Shown here in pieces: positions 29,456 to 39,568 of a stretch of DNA of 64,000 nt. The position numbers and the translations under genes are program-made. Within the stretch, counting starts at the first letter, position 1. Each line of letters starts with the position of its first letter. The notes under the pieces were generated by a model. The model saw only the letters and a program-made list of their open reading frames with translations. It searched no databases and was not told where the DNA came from. Origin of the DNA: Bacteroidota bacterium (GTDB lineage: Bacteria > Bacteroidota > Bacteroidia > UKL13-3); contig JAIYAT010000031.1 in assembly GCA_027488905.1 (NCBI GenBank), forward strand, positions 36,748-100,747, read 5' to 3'.

Positions 29456-30772
29456 GTGTTTAAATGAAATGCCAAGTTTAGCCAGTTCTTTTAAAATGGG
29501 TTGGTAGAATTCTCTGCTGATGGGAATTTGTACACCGCTTGATTTAATGTTTCCTTGGAGTATAAGTTTTGCGGCTATTCCCATAGGTAACCCTACCGTT
29601 TTTGCCATTGCTGTTTGAACTTGATTTTCGCCAGTTACAACCAAACTAGCTTCCATTTTATACGGTTTTCCTTTTATTTGATAACCAATTTCATGCTTCA
29701 TTACTATTTGGTCGAGTTCTCCTTTTTGAAGCATCCATTTTTCTTGTAATAGCTTTTGTAAGGCTTGGGCCGGAGTTGCTTTTTGAAGTCCTATAGGTTT
29801 TGGTTCAAACAAACCTAACCATACCATATTCTTATAGGCTTTTGAAGATTTCTTTAAATTTAACATTAAACAGATTTCCTCTTCAAGGTTTTTACGATTT
29901 GCATTTGGAATTAAACTACATAGCCAATCTCTATAAGTTAAAGTTTCTGGATGAATGAGTTCATAAGCATCATCTGTGAGGCCTAGACTAACTAATTGTT
30001 GCCAGCTTTCACAGAACCCTTTGCCACGTAAAGTACCTCTAAGAACGGTTTGTGCCGTGCTTATACCATAAGGTTCAATGTATCCTAATGAGTCGCGATT
30101 TGCGTAAGCATCAAAGCTGCCATGACCCTTCACTTTGATTGTTTTTGTTTGTGCGAAAATCCTACTTGGAGGAATTAGTTTAAGTAAACCATTTTCAATA
30201 TATTTTGCTGTGTTTTGTCCAGCTAACACCACATTTCTTGGATTCCATGTAAATTTGTAATGCCAAGGATTATTGTCAAATTCTGGGGCCACTAAGCCGC
30301 CACAATAAGATTCGAAGGAAGTTATTTTACCTCCCTTTTCTTGAATTTGATGGATCATTTCCATTGCCGACAAATGGTCAAGGCCAGGGTCTAATCCAAT
30401 TTCGTTCAAAATTAAAACACCTGCTTTTAAAGCCAAGGGATGTAGCTTTTTCATTTCCTCACTCACATAAGAAGCAGTAATCATTGGAATTTTTGCCTCA
30501 ATACAATTGAGTGCTGCTAAGTGATGAAGGCTGGGAGGCAATAATGAAATAACCAAATCTGATTTCTTAATAAGGGCAATCCTTTTGTTTTCATCAAGAA
30601 TATCCAAGGCAATTGCTTTGCCCGCTTTATTTCTTCCTATGCGGTTTTCAGCAGCTTCTATGTTGGCATCAGCCACTATAATTTCCCAGTTTTCTTTTTT
30701 AGCATTCTTCAATAAATATTGAATCAAACTTGCCGAGGATAAGCCAGCACCTAACACCAATATCTTTTTCAT
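29438..30772 (-). CDS. saccharopine dehydrogenase family protein
   Basis: GAG Rossmann motif, EIGLDPGLDH, SYCGGL, YKFTWNPR, AMAKTVG. Confidence 0.9.
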   Translation of the reverse strand: MKKILVLGAGLSSASLIQYLLKNAKKENWEIIVADANIEAAENRIGRNKAGKAIALDILDENKRIALIKKSDLVISLLPPSLHHLAALNCIEAKIPMITASYVSEEMKKLHPLALKAGVLILNEIGLDPGLDHLSAMEMIHQIQEKGGKITSFESYCGGLVAPEFDNNPWHYKFTWNPRNVVLAGQNTAKYIENGLLKLIPPSRIFAQTKTIKVKGHGSFDAYANRDSLGYIEPYGISTAQTVLRGTLRGKGFCESWQQLVSLGLTDDAYELIHPETLTYRDWLCSLIPNANRKNLEEEICLMLNLKKSSKAYKNMVWLGLFEPKPIGLQKATPAQALQKLLQEKWMLQKGELDQIVMKHEIGYQIKGKPYKMEASLVVTGENQVQTAMAKTVGLPMGIAAKLILQGNIKSSGVQIPISREFYQPILKELAKLGISFKHSEVKI

Positions 30773-30846
30773 AGGTTTATTTCTTTTGGGCGAAGCTAAT
30801 TACTGTAAGCTATTTCCCAAAATTTCCTAAAATTGAATAAAGAATT

Positions 30847-32451
30847 ATGAGCAAGTCATTTTCAGTAAAAGCCAATTTAGTTGATATTGAAAGAAGGAAA
30901 ATTATTCCATCTCAAATACAAGTTTCTAATGGCATCATCCAATCTATCGTAGAAATCCAAGAAGCGTTTGATAACTATATTTTACCGGGTTTTATTGATG
31001 CTCATGTGCACATAGAAAGCTCGCTTTTGCCTCCATCTAGTTTTGCTAGACTAGCAGTAAATCATGGAACTGTGGCAACGGTAAGCGACCCACATGAAAT
31101 TGCGAATGTATTAGGAATTTCTGGCGTAGAATATATGCTAGATAATGCCGCTCAAGTTCCTTTTAAATTCTTTTTTGGCGCTCCTTCTTGTGTGCCTGCG
31201 ACCCAATTTGAAACAGCAGGAGCTGAACTTAACTCTGATGAGGTAAACACTTTGTTGCAGGATAAACGTATTTTTTATCTCTCAGAAATGATGAATTATC
31301 CTGGTGTAATTAATCAGGATAAAGAAGTTTATGAAAAAATAAAGGGTGCACATGCTGTAGGTAAGCCAATTGATGGCCATGCACCAGGTTTGAGAGGAAT
31401 GGATTTAGAAAAATACATCAATGCTGGAATAAGTACCGATCACGAATGTTTTACGCTTGAGGAAGCGTTAGAAAAACTAGCACTGGGAATGAAAATACTC
31501 ATTAGGGAAGGCAGTGCCGCTAGAAATTTTGAAGTTTTACATCCTCTTTTGGATAAGCATGCTAGTAATTTAATGTTTTGTTCAGATGACAAACATCCAG
31601 ATGGTTTGTTGCTTGGCCATATTAATGATTTGGTGGTTAAATCAATAAACCTTGGGTATAATTTGTTTGACGTATTACAAGTTGCCTGCGTAAATCCTGT
31701 TAAACATTATAAACTGCCCGTGGGTCTATTAAAGACTGGTGATTCTGCCGATTTTATTGTGGTAAAAAATCTCGAAAATTTTGAAGTTCTGCAAACTTTC
31801 ATTGGTGGTGATTGCGTTTTTAATTTTGGTGCCTGCAGTATTTCACAAATGACTATATCAGTTATAAATAATTTTCAGGTTGAACCAATTAATGAATCTG
31901 AGATTATACATGAACCCAAAAGTGTTCAGGAAGTAATTGAATGTTTGGAAGGGCAACTTGTTACAGGCTGTTTACTTGTTCCAAGAGAAAAGTTGGTGCC
32001 TAGCAACGATTTTCTTAAACTAGTGGTAGTGAACCGATATTCGAATGCAAAGCCCGCTATTGCTTACATTAAAAATTTTGGTTTAGAAAGAGGCGCCATT
32101 GCTTCTACAGTTGCCCATGATAGCCATAATATTATTGCCGTGGGTATAAGTGATGAGGAAATTACAAATGCTATTAATTTAGTAATTGCAGAAAAGGGTG
32201 GATTGGTTGCTAGTCATAAAGATGAATGTATAATTTTGGCTTTACCTATTGCTGGACTTATGAGTGATAAAGATGCTTATGAAGTTGCAGATTTATATAC
32301 ACAATTAGATGAATATGCAAAAACCAGATTAGGTGCCAAGCTAAAAGCACCATTTATGAGTCTTTCTTTTATGGCATTATTGGTAATTCCACATTTAAAA
32401 TTAAGTGATAAAGGATTATTTAGTGGAGATGCATTTTCTTTTGTAAATTAG
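30847..32451 (+). CDS. ade: adenine deaminase
   Basis: PGFIDAHVHIESS, DPHEIANV, DGHAP, TDHEC, AHDSHN motifs. Confidence 0.95.
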   Translation: MSKSFSVKANLVDIERRKIIPSQIQVSNGIIQSIVEIQEAFDNYILPGFIDAHVHIESSLLPPSSFARLAVNHGTVATVSDPHEIANVLGISGVEYMLDNAAQVPFKFFFGAPSCVPATQFETAGAELNSDEVNTLLQDKRIFYLSEMMNYPGVINQDKEVYEKIKGAHAVGKPIDGHAPGLRGMDLEKYINAGISTDHECFTLEEALEKLALGMKILIREGSAARNFEVLHPLLDKHASNLMFCSDDKHPDGLLLGHINDLVVKSINLGYNLFDVLQVACVNPVKHYKLPVGLLKTGDSADFIVVKNLENFEVLQTFIGGDCVFNFGACSISQMTISVINNFQVEPINESEIIHEPKSVQEVIECLEGQLVTGCLLVPREKLVPSNDFLKLVVVNRYSNAKPAIAYIKNFGLERGAIASTVAHDSHNIIAVGISDEEITNAINLVIAEKGGLVASHKDECIILALPIAGLMSDKDAYEVADLYTQLDEYAKTRLGAKLKAPFMSLSFMALLVIPHLKLSDKGLFSGDAFSFVN

Positions 32452-32456
32452 CGGCA

Positions 32457-32642
32457 ATGAACGAAACACTCAAAGATTGGATACGAAGAATACAAATACT
32501 CTTTTATTTTGGAGTTTTATTTGTAGTTTTTGTTGTTTTTATTTTGGAGATTAAACGTGCATACAGCATTGATTTTATTCCTAATTTTGATGGAGTAATT
32601 GATGATGAGTATTTCAGAATCAAAGATGTTTGGTTCAACTAG
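32457..32642 (+). CDS. small membrane protein
   Basis: 61 aa, one TM segment, fills the gap between ade and the DUF4175 gene. Confidence 0.6.
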   Translation: MNETLKDWIRRIQILFYFGVLFVVFVVFILEIKRAYSIDFIPNFDGVIDDEYFRIKDVWFN

Positions 32643-32645
32643 CTT

Positions 32646-35600
32646 GTGAATAACCTTAACAACGAAATACTGCTAAAAAAGCTTGATGCTTTTATACGAA
32701 AGTACTACCAAAATCAACTGATTAAGGGAGTAATTCTATTTTTAGGCACTTGCTTAGCTACATTCTTAGTCGTAGCACTTTTAGAATATTTTGGAAGATA
32801 TACTTCTAACATTAGAGCAGTTTTATTTTTTAGTTTAATTACTATATCTACTCTGACCTTTTTCAAATTCATTTTTTTACCACTCCTTAAACTTTTTAAA
32901 ATTGGCAAATTAATTAGTTACGAATTAGCTGCAGAAATTATAGGCAAACACTTTTCTTCAGTTTCTGATAAATTACTCAATACCCTTCAATTAATAGCTC
33001 AGAAAGATCAGTCAAGTGATTTGTTGCTAGCCGCAATTGAACAAAAGACTCAAGATTTGTCTCCACTTCCTTTTGTTGCTGCCATTGATTATAAAAAGAA
33101 CCTTAAGTTTTTACGTTATGCTGTAATTCCTTTATTTGCATTAATAGTATTGCTTATTTTTTCACCTGCCATTGTTAGTGAAAGTGCCAATCGTTTATTG
33201 CATTATAACCAAGCTTTTAAGGTTCCTTCTCCGTTTGTATTTGAAATTGAGAATGATTCATTAAAGGTAGAACAATACCAAGATTTTGTTTTAAACATTA
33301 AGGTAAGTGGGCAAAAATTGCCCAATGATGTTTATGTAATTTTTGACAATCAAAGAAACAGATTAGAAAAAATTGATGAAACACATTTTAGCTATGCATT
33401 TAAAAACTTACAAAAAGACATAGCATTCCATCTTGAAGCACTTAGTTTTGAGGGTGATGAAAAGGTAATAGAAGTTTATAGAAAACCTGTATTAATTAAC
33501 TTTAGTGCAAGTTTATCCTATCCAAATTACTTAGGTAAAAAGGATGAAGTAATTAATAATCCTGGTGATTTAAACATTCCTGCGGGTACTACCGTTACTT
33601 GGAATTTTACAGGGAAGCAAACACAAAGTATTGATTTGTTTTTTGAAAAACTAACTAGTAAAGCAAAGTCCGATGGTAACTTTAAATTTTCATTCCAACG
33701 AAAGTTTTTTGTTTCAGATGCTTATAGCATTGTACTTTCAAATGAACAAGTTTCTCGTGGTGATTCGCTCCATTTTTCTATTTTGGTTCAACCCGATGCC
33801 TTCCCAAGTTTGGCTCTTGAACAAACCATAGACTCGCTTACAGGAAAATATATTTATTTGGCAGGCACTGGAACAGACGATTATGGCCTAACTAAAATGA
33901 GTTTTAATTATCGTTTCCTGAAGTCAGAGAACAAAGAGAAAGTAGCTAAGGGAAATCAAATAGAATGGATTGAAATCCCTAAAGAAAAAAGAATTCAGGT
34001 TAATCACATTTTTGATTTATATAAAATTGGGTTTGAGCCCTCTGATGAAATTGAATACTTTTTTGAAATTTGGGATAATGATGGTGTAATTGGTCCAAAA
34101 TCAGTGAAGAGTGAGAAGTTAACCATAAAGGCTCCTGATAAGCAAGCCTTAAAATCACAGTCGAATGCAGAGAGCAACGCCTTAGAAGATAAAATGGAAG
34201 AGGCACTCAAAGAATCACAAGAATTGCAATCAGAACTCAAAAAGCTACAAGATAAACTCAAGTCGCAACAACCACTAAGTTGGGAGGAGAAAAAGAAATT
34301 AGAGCAGTTACTAAATCAACAAAAAGAATTGCAAGAAAAGCTGAAATCCTTGCAAAAAGATTTTAAACAAAAGAACATAAAAGAGCAGGCATTCAAAGAA
34401 GAGCAGGAGCGAATCATCGAAAAGCAGGAGCAAATACAAAAAATGTATGAAAAGCTAATGAATGAGGAGATGAAGCAGATGATGAAACAGCTTGAAAACA
34501 TGATGAAGTTGCAGAATAAAGAACAAATCAAGAAAGAACTTGATAAAATGGAAATAAGCAACAAGGATGTAGAAAAGGAGTTGGATAGAATGCTTGAAAT
34601 GTATAAAGAGCTTGAGGTGGATAAGAAGATGGAAGATGCCATGAAGGAGCTTAAGAATTTAGCTGAAGACCAAAGAAACCTTAAGCAAGAAATGAATCAA
34701 AAGGAATCAAAGGAAGGTGAAAATAAGGAGCAGTTGTCACAAAAACAGGATGAGCTAAAGGATAGATTTGAAAACCTTCAAAAGGATTTAAAGGAGTTAG
34801 AGAAGAAAAATAGCGAGTTAGAATCGCCCAAAAAATTAGCCGATACAAAAGAATTAGAACAACAAGTAAAAGAGAAAATGGAGCAAAGTGCCCAAGAAAT
34901 GAAAAAGGGCAATAACAAAAAGGCTGGAGAAAAAATGGAGGATGCTGCCGAAGACTTAGAGAAAATGGAGCAGCAAATGGAAGAGCAAAAGGAAAAAGAC
35001 GAAGAAGAAAAGGACGAAGTTGATGCGCAAGCCTTAAGGGAAATTCTTGAGAACTTAATTCAATTAAGTAAAGACCAAGAGCAAACCATGGAAGAACTCA
35101 AACAAATAACAGGATATAATCCAAAGTTTGTAGCCATTGCTCAAAAACAAAAGGTATTGCAAGGCAATGCAAAAATGATTGAGGACAGTTTGTTAAGCAT
35201 TAGTAAAAGAGCGCCAGAGGTAAAATCTTTTATTAATAAAGAACTTACCAAAATGAATTCCCATTTAGAAAAAAGTAATTTAGGTTTTTCTCAAAGAAAT
35301 ATTGGTGAAGTGCGGGTTCAGCAGCAATATGCTATGACCAGCATGAATAACCTTGCAGTAATGTTGAGTGAGTCACTCAAAGAAATGCAGCAAAAAAACC
35401 AACAGAATAAGCAATCAAAAAGTAAGGGAAAAGGAAAGCCAAAGCCTAAACCAGGTTCTGGAAAGCCAAGTATGAGTCAGCTTAAGAAAATGCAAGAGGA
35501 GATGAATAAGCAGATGAAAGAAGGCATGAATAAGAATGGAAGCAGCCAACCAGGAAAGGGCCAAATGGGAAGTGAGCAATTTGCACGTATGGCAGCGCAA

Positions 35601-35999
35601 CAAATGGCAATAAGGCAACAAATGCAAAAAATGTTAAGTCAAATGGATGCGCTAGAGAAGGAAAAACTTGGAGGAGGGAAATCTTTGAGTGATTTGCAAA
35701 AGCTCATGGAAGAAACCGAAAAAGACTTGTTTAATAAGCGCTTAACCCAAGAAACCATAATGCGTCAACAAGATATTTTAACGCGCCTTTTAGAGCATGA
35801 AAAGGCAGAAAAAAAGCAAGAGCAAGAGCAAAAGCGAGAATCAGAGCAAGGAAAAGAAAAGCCACGTCCAAGTCCCCAATATTTGGACCAATTGAACCAA
35901 AAAAGAAAAAAAGAAACAGAAATTCTTCAAAGCGTACCAGCCGAAATGCAGCCATATTATAAGCAAAAAGCTATAGAATATTTGGAGAAGGCTGAATAG
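32646..35999 (+). CDS. DUF4175-like membrane-anchored long coiled-coil protein
   Basis: N-terminal TMs, DKLLNTLQL, DDYGL, WDND, E/K/Q-rich coils, RQQDILTRLLE. Confidence 0.8.
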   Translation: MNNLNNEILLKKLDAFIRKYYQNQLIKGVILFLGTCLATFLVVALLEYFGRYTSNIRAVLFFSLITISTLTFFKFIFLPLLKLFKIGKLISYELAAEIIGKHFSSVSDKLLNTLQLIAQKDQSSDLLLAAIEQKTQDLSPLPFVAAIDYKKNLKFLRYAVIPLFALIVLLIFSPAIVSESANRLLHYNQAFKVPSPFVFEIENDSLKVEQYQDFVLNIKVSGQKLPNDVYVIFDNQRNRLEKIDETHFSYAFKNLQKDIAFHLEALSFEGDEKVIEVYRKPVLINFSASLSYPNYLGKKDEVINNPGDLNIPAGTTVTWNFTGKQTQSIDLFFEKLTSKAKSDGNFKFSFQRKFFVSDAYSIVLSNEQVSRGDSLHFSILVQPDAFPSLALEQTIDSLTGKYIYLAGTGTDDYGLTKMSFNYRFLKSENKEKVAKGNQIEWIEIPKEKRIQVNHIFDLYKIGFEPSDEIEYFFEIWDNDGVIGPKSVKSEKLTIKAPDKQALKSQSNAESNALEDKMEEALKESQELQSELKKLQDKLKSQQPLSWEEKKKLEQLLNQQKELQEKLKSLQKDFKQKNIKEQAFKEEQERIIEKQEQIQKMYEKLMNEEMKQMMKQLENMMKLQNKEQIKKELDKMEISNKDVEKELDRMLEMYKELEVDKKMEDAMKELKNLAEDQRNLKQEMNQKESKEGENKEQLSQKQDELKDRFENLQKDLKELEKKNSELESPKKLADTKELEQQVKEKMEQSAQEMKKGNNKKAGEKMEDAAEDLEKMEQQMEEQKEKDEEEKDEVDAQALREILENLIQLSKDQEQTMEELKQITGYNPKFVAIAQKQKVLQGNAKMIEDSLLSISKRAPEVKSFINKELTKMNSHLEKSNLGFSQRNIGEVRVQQQYAMTSMNNLAVMLSESLKEMQQKNQQNKQSKSKGKGKPKPKPGSGKPSMSQLKKMQEEMNKQMKEGMNKNGSSQPGKGQMGSEQFARMAAQQMAIRQQMQKMLSQMDALEKEKLGGGKSLSDLQKLMEETEKDLFNKRLTQETIMRQQDILTRLLEHEKAEKKQEQEQKRESEQGKEKPRPSPQYLDQLNQKRKKETEILQSVPAEMQPYYKQKAIEYLEKAE

Positions 36000-36729
36000 G
36001 GTAGTGTACCTCTGTTAGGAAAAGCCCTTTTGCGGCCACACTTTGGCCAGCCTCACTTCTATCCTTACTTTCTAGAATGGCTTTAAAATCCAAAATGTTT
36101 TTCTTGTCGCTGCCTACTTCCAATAAAGTACCTACAATAGCCCTAACCATATTTCTCAAGAATCGGTCTGCTTTTATGGTAAATATCAATTGTTGGGTTT
36201 CGGTTTGAACCCATTTTGCTGCAATTACTTTGCAGTTAAAAGTTTTTACGTCGGTGTGAACTTTGCTAAAGCACTCAAAATCGTTGTGGGTGAGTAATAA
36301 ATTTGCGGCCTCATTCATTTTTTCCAAGTCAAGCGGTTTGGTGTAAAGTAGGCTAAAATCAACCAAAAACGGATTTGGCTTTGTGCAAATCACATACTCG
36401 TAGGCCCTTTCAATGGCATCAAATCTTGCATGAAAGCTTGGTTCAACCCGAATTATTTCAAAAATGCTAATGTCAAATGGAAGAATTGCATTCAACTGAA
36501 ATTTCAATTTTTCGGGGTCTAAATCATGTTCAGCATCAAAATGGGCAAAGTAGTTTTTTGCGTGAACACCGGTGTCAGTTCTTCCGCAGCCAACGATTTC
36601 GATTGACATTTTGGTCAAGATTTTTAATTTTTCTTGAAGTTCTCCTTGAATACTTTTTGCATTAGGTTGTATTTGCCAACCATGGTAATTTTTACCGTTA
36701 TAAGCTAAATGAATTGCGTAACGCATCAT
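35971..36729 (-). CDS. truA: tRNA pseudouridine(38-40) synthase
   Basis: GWQIQP, GRTDTGVHA, FHARFDA, FLRNMVR motifs. Confidence 0.97.
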   Translation of the reverse strand: MMRYAIHLAYNGKNYHGWQIQPNAKSIQGELQEKLKILTKMSIEIVGCGRTDTGVHAKNYFAHFDAEHDLDPEKLKFQLNAILPFDISIFEIIRVEPSFHARFDAIERAYEYVICTKPNPFLVDFSLLYTKPLDLEKMNEAANLLLTHNDFECFSKVHTDVKTFNCKVIAAKWVQTETQQLIFTIKADRFLRNMVRAIVGTLLEVGSDKKNILDFKAILESKDRSEAGQSVAAKGLFLTEVHYPIQPSPNIL

Positions 36730-37472
36730 TCAGAGGTTAAACCTAACATTTCAAAAGTTCTTTGGGCTGCAATTTGTTCAGCCTTCTTCTTGGATAGGTG
36801 TTCGGCAGCTCCTTTGGTTTCACCATTTAGTTTCACAACCACTTTATAGATTTTGCTTTTGCCATCAGGAAAATCGCTTGCCTCAAGCTCAATTGGTATA
36901 TTGTTTTTTTGGCAATGTTCTAGCAATCGTCCTTTAAAATTAGTTTCGGTTATTTCTAATTTATCTACGTCGATATGAAAGCGTAATAAGTTGTCGATGA
37001 TAAATCTTTTACAAACCTCAAAGCCAGCATCTAAAAAAATCGCCCCAATAAAAGCTTCTAATGCATTTCCAAAAATGCTATTTCTCAGACTAATGTTTTG
37101 TAAAGCCTTTTTATCGTATTCAACAATTTGGTTGAGATTTAGCTTAATTGCCAAGCTATTTAAGCTTTCTCTGCTTACAATTTTGGAGCGCAATTGTGTG
37201 AGAAAACCTTCGTCTTTGAAAGGATATTTTTTAAAAAGATATTCTGCTACAATAGAATTGAGCATGGCATCGCCAAGAAACTCGAGCCTTTCGTTGCTAT
37301 CTTTAGAGCCACTAGAAGATCTAATAGCTTTAGAAACAGAATGATGTCTAAGTGCTTGCTCATAGGCATTCATCCTTTTTGGAGAGAAACCTGTGATGGC
37401 CTTAATTTTTGAAGATAAAATTCTTTGGTCGGCCGTTTTTGGCCTTAACATAGAGAGAATTTGACCTAGCAC
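36726..37472 (-). CDS. rnc: ribonuclease III
   Basis: NERLEFLGDA signature and C-terminal dsRNA-binding domain. Confidence 0.97.
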   Translation of the reverse strand: MLGQILSMLRPKTADQRILSSKIKAITGFSPKRMNAYEQALRHHSVSKAIRSSSGSKDSNERLEFLGDAMLNSIVAEYLFKKYPFKDEGFLTQLRSKIVSRESLNSLAIKLNLNQIVEYDKKALQNISLRNSIFGNALEAFIGAIFLDAGFEVCKRFIIDNLLRFHIDVDKLEITETNFKGRLLEHCQKNNIPIELEASDFPDGKSKIYKVVVKLNGETKGAAEHLSKKKAEQIAAQRTFEMLGLTSE

Positions 37473-37474
37473 AA

Positions 37475-38731
37475 TTAAGCTGAATATTTTTTCAGGATAA
37501 CAGAAGCATTATGACCGCCAAAACCAAAAGTATTACTTAGCGCTGCTCTTACTTCTCTATGTTGCGCCTTATTAAAGGTTAGGTTCAACTTAGGGTCGAA
37601 AGCAGGATCATCTGTAAAATGATTGATAGTTGGAGGAATAATTCCCTGATAAATTGCTTTTATACAAGCAATTGCTTCAATAGCGCCAGCTCCACCTAAA
37701 AGATGGCCTGTCATTGATTTGGTAGAACTGATATTCAAATTGAATGCATGGTCTCCAAATACATTTAGTATGGCCTTTACTTCTTGAGGATCTCCAAGTG
37801 GAGTAGAAGTTCCGTGAACGTTTATATAATCAATTTCATCAGGGCTCATTTCGGCATCTTCCAAAGCATATTTCATCACATTGGTTGCGCCCAAACCATC
37901 AGGATGTGGAGCAGTCATGTGATAAGCATCAGCTGATAAGCCACAACCAGCAACCTCTGCATAAATTTTAGCACCTCTTGCTAAAGCATGATTTAATTCC
38001 TCCAGCACAAGTGCACCGCTGCCTTCTCCGAGCACAAATCCATCTCTGTCTAAATCAAATGGGCGTGAAGCTGTCTCTGGACTGTCATTTCGCTCACTAA
38101 GTGCTTTCATTGCATTAAAACCACCAATAGCTGCCTCATTTACACCTGCTTCAGAGCCTCCTGTGATAATGATATCAGCCTTTCCTAGTCTAATATAATT
38201 AAAAGCATCTGCAATTGCGTTTGTAGATGACGCACAAGCAGATACAGTCACAAAATTTGGACCACGATAACCATGTCTAATTGAAATGAGACCAGAGGAA
38301 ATATCGCCAATCATCATAGGAATGAAAAATGGGCTGAACCGAGGCGTACCATCTCCTTTAGCGTAGGCCGAAACCTCACTTAGAAAGGTGTTTAATCCTC
38401 CAATCCCTGTACCCCAAATTACGCCAACCCTGTCTTTATTGATTGATTCTCCGAGGTTAGCATCCTTTATTGCTTCATCAGTTGTTACTATAGCAAACTG
38501 AGTAAAGCGATCCATTCTGCGAGCCTCTTTTTTGTCAATAAATTCAGTAGGATCAAAGTTCTTTACTTCACAAGAGAACTTTGTCTTGAATTTGGTTGTA
38601 TCAAATTGGGTAGTGAGAGCTGCCCCACTAACCCCATTTGATAAACCTTCCCAATAGGCCTCGAGGGTGTTTCCAATTGGTGTGATGGCACCTAAGCCTG
38701 TAACCACAACTCTGCGAGTCTGCATGAGCAA
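37475..38731 (-). CDS. fabF: beta-ketoacyl-ACP synthase II
   Basis: SACAS, HGTST, KSMTGHLLG, SNTFGFGGHN motifs. Confidence 0.97.
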   Translation of the reverse strand: MLMQTRRVVVTGLGAITPIGNTLEAYWEGLSNGVSGAALTTQFDTTKFKTKFSCEVKNFDPTEFIDKKEARRMDRFTQFAIVTTDEAIKDANLGESINKDRVGVIWGTGIGGLNTFLSEVSAYAKGDGTPRFSPFFIPMMIGDISSGLISIRHGYRGPNFVTVSACASSTNAIADAFNYIRLGKADIIITGGSEAGVNEAAIGGFNAMKALSERNDSPETASRPFDLDRDGFVLGEGSGALVLEELNHALARGAKIYAEVAGCGLSADAYHMTAPHPDGLGATNVMKYALEDAEMSPDEIDYINVHGTSTPLGDPQEVKAILNVFGDHAFNLNISSTKSMTGHLLGGAGAIEAIACIKAIYQGIIPPTINHFTDDPAFDPKLNLTFNKAQHREVRAALSNTFGFGGHNASVILKKYSA

Positions 38732-38749
38732 ATCGTTAAATGTTGCTTA

Positions 38750-38989
38750 TTAAGCTTTTACGTTTTGTTCGATGTAGGCAATCGCTTGGCCAACTGTACC
38801 GATTTTCTCGGCTTGATCATCTGGAATTGCGATGTTGAATTCTTTTTCAAATTCCATGATCAATTCAACTGTGTCTAGTGAGTCCGCGCCCAAGTCGTTT
38901 GTAAAGCTTGCGTCGTCGTTGATTTCACTTTCTTCAACTCCCAACTTGTCCATGATAATAGACTTTACTCTTCCTTTGATATCTGACAT
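38750..38989 (-). CDS. acpP: acyl carrier protein
   Basis: [12 protein letters not shown] motif. Confidence 0.98.
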   Translation of the reverse strand: MSDIKGRVKSIIMDKLGVEESEINDDASFTNDLGADSLDTVELIMEFEKEFNIAIPDDQAEKIGTVGQAIAYIEQNVKA

Positions 38990-39145
38990 TTTTGTAAGAT
39001 TTAATAGATTGCAAATAAACTACTTTTTAGAAATAAAATGCAAGTTTTGAAAATCTTAGCGAATAACATGTCTATTCCTTTGGTTTTCTTGTTAAATTAT
39101 TTTTAACAATACGGTATTCACGCCAAATTTTATTACTTTGTACGC

Positions 39146-39562
39146 TTGAAAAAATTTCAGCTAGAAGTAGAAGAAGAGGATGAGTTTTTGCTATTTGGTC
39201 TAGTTTCCGACTTTAAGCCAAGTAAAATTTCTCATTTTTTGGGTCAGGTTTCTTTAGAATTTGAGCGTATTCAAGATTTAATGCTCCCAGATTTTAATCC
39301 GAAAGCCGAAATTAGCTTTTCTAGATTTGCTTGCAGAGATGAGGAAAATCACCTCGATTTTTCATTAGTTGCAAATAGAGAATTTGGATATTGGCTTTTT
39401 AAAGAGTTAAAACAATTCAATTATTTGCTGATTATCAGAGGTGGTTTGGAATTTTTTGATGAGGAAGATTTTATTAAACAATGCAGGTTAGTAAAAGGGT
39501 TACAATTTATTGCTCGCATTGAAAATGAAAAGTTAAAACAAAAATTAAGTGGAATAGTATAA
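39146..39562 (+). CDS. IPExxxVDY family protein
   Basis: Size and position upstream of pyk; LFKELKQFNYLL is a degenerate version of the family motif. Confidence 0.7.
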   Translation: MKKFQLEVEEEDEFLLFGLVSDFKPSKISHFLGQVSLEFERIQDLMLPDFNPKAEISFSRFACRDEENHLDFSLVANREFGYWLFKELKQFNYLLIIRGGLEFFDEEDFIKQCRLVKGLQFIARIENEKLKQKLSGIV

Positions 39563-39568
39563 TATATT

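Noticed and set aside
34004-35955. Antisense ORFs over the DUF4175-like gene and similar shadow ORFs elsewhere (e.g. 17887-18303, 36991-37344, 62187-62537)
   Set aside because: They are Ser/Phe/Leu-rich mirror translations of well-supported genes on the opposite strand
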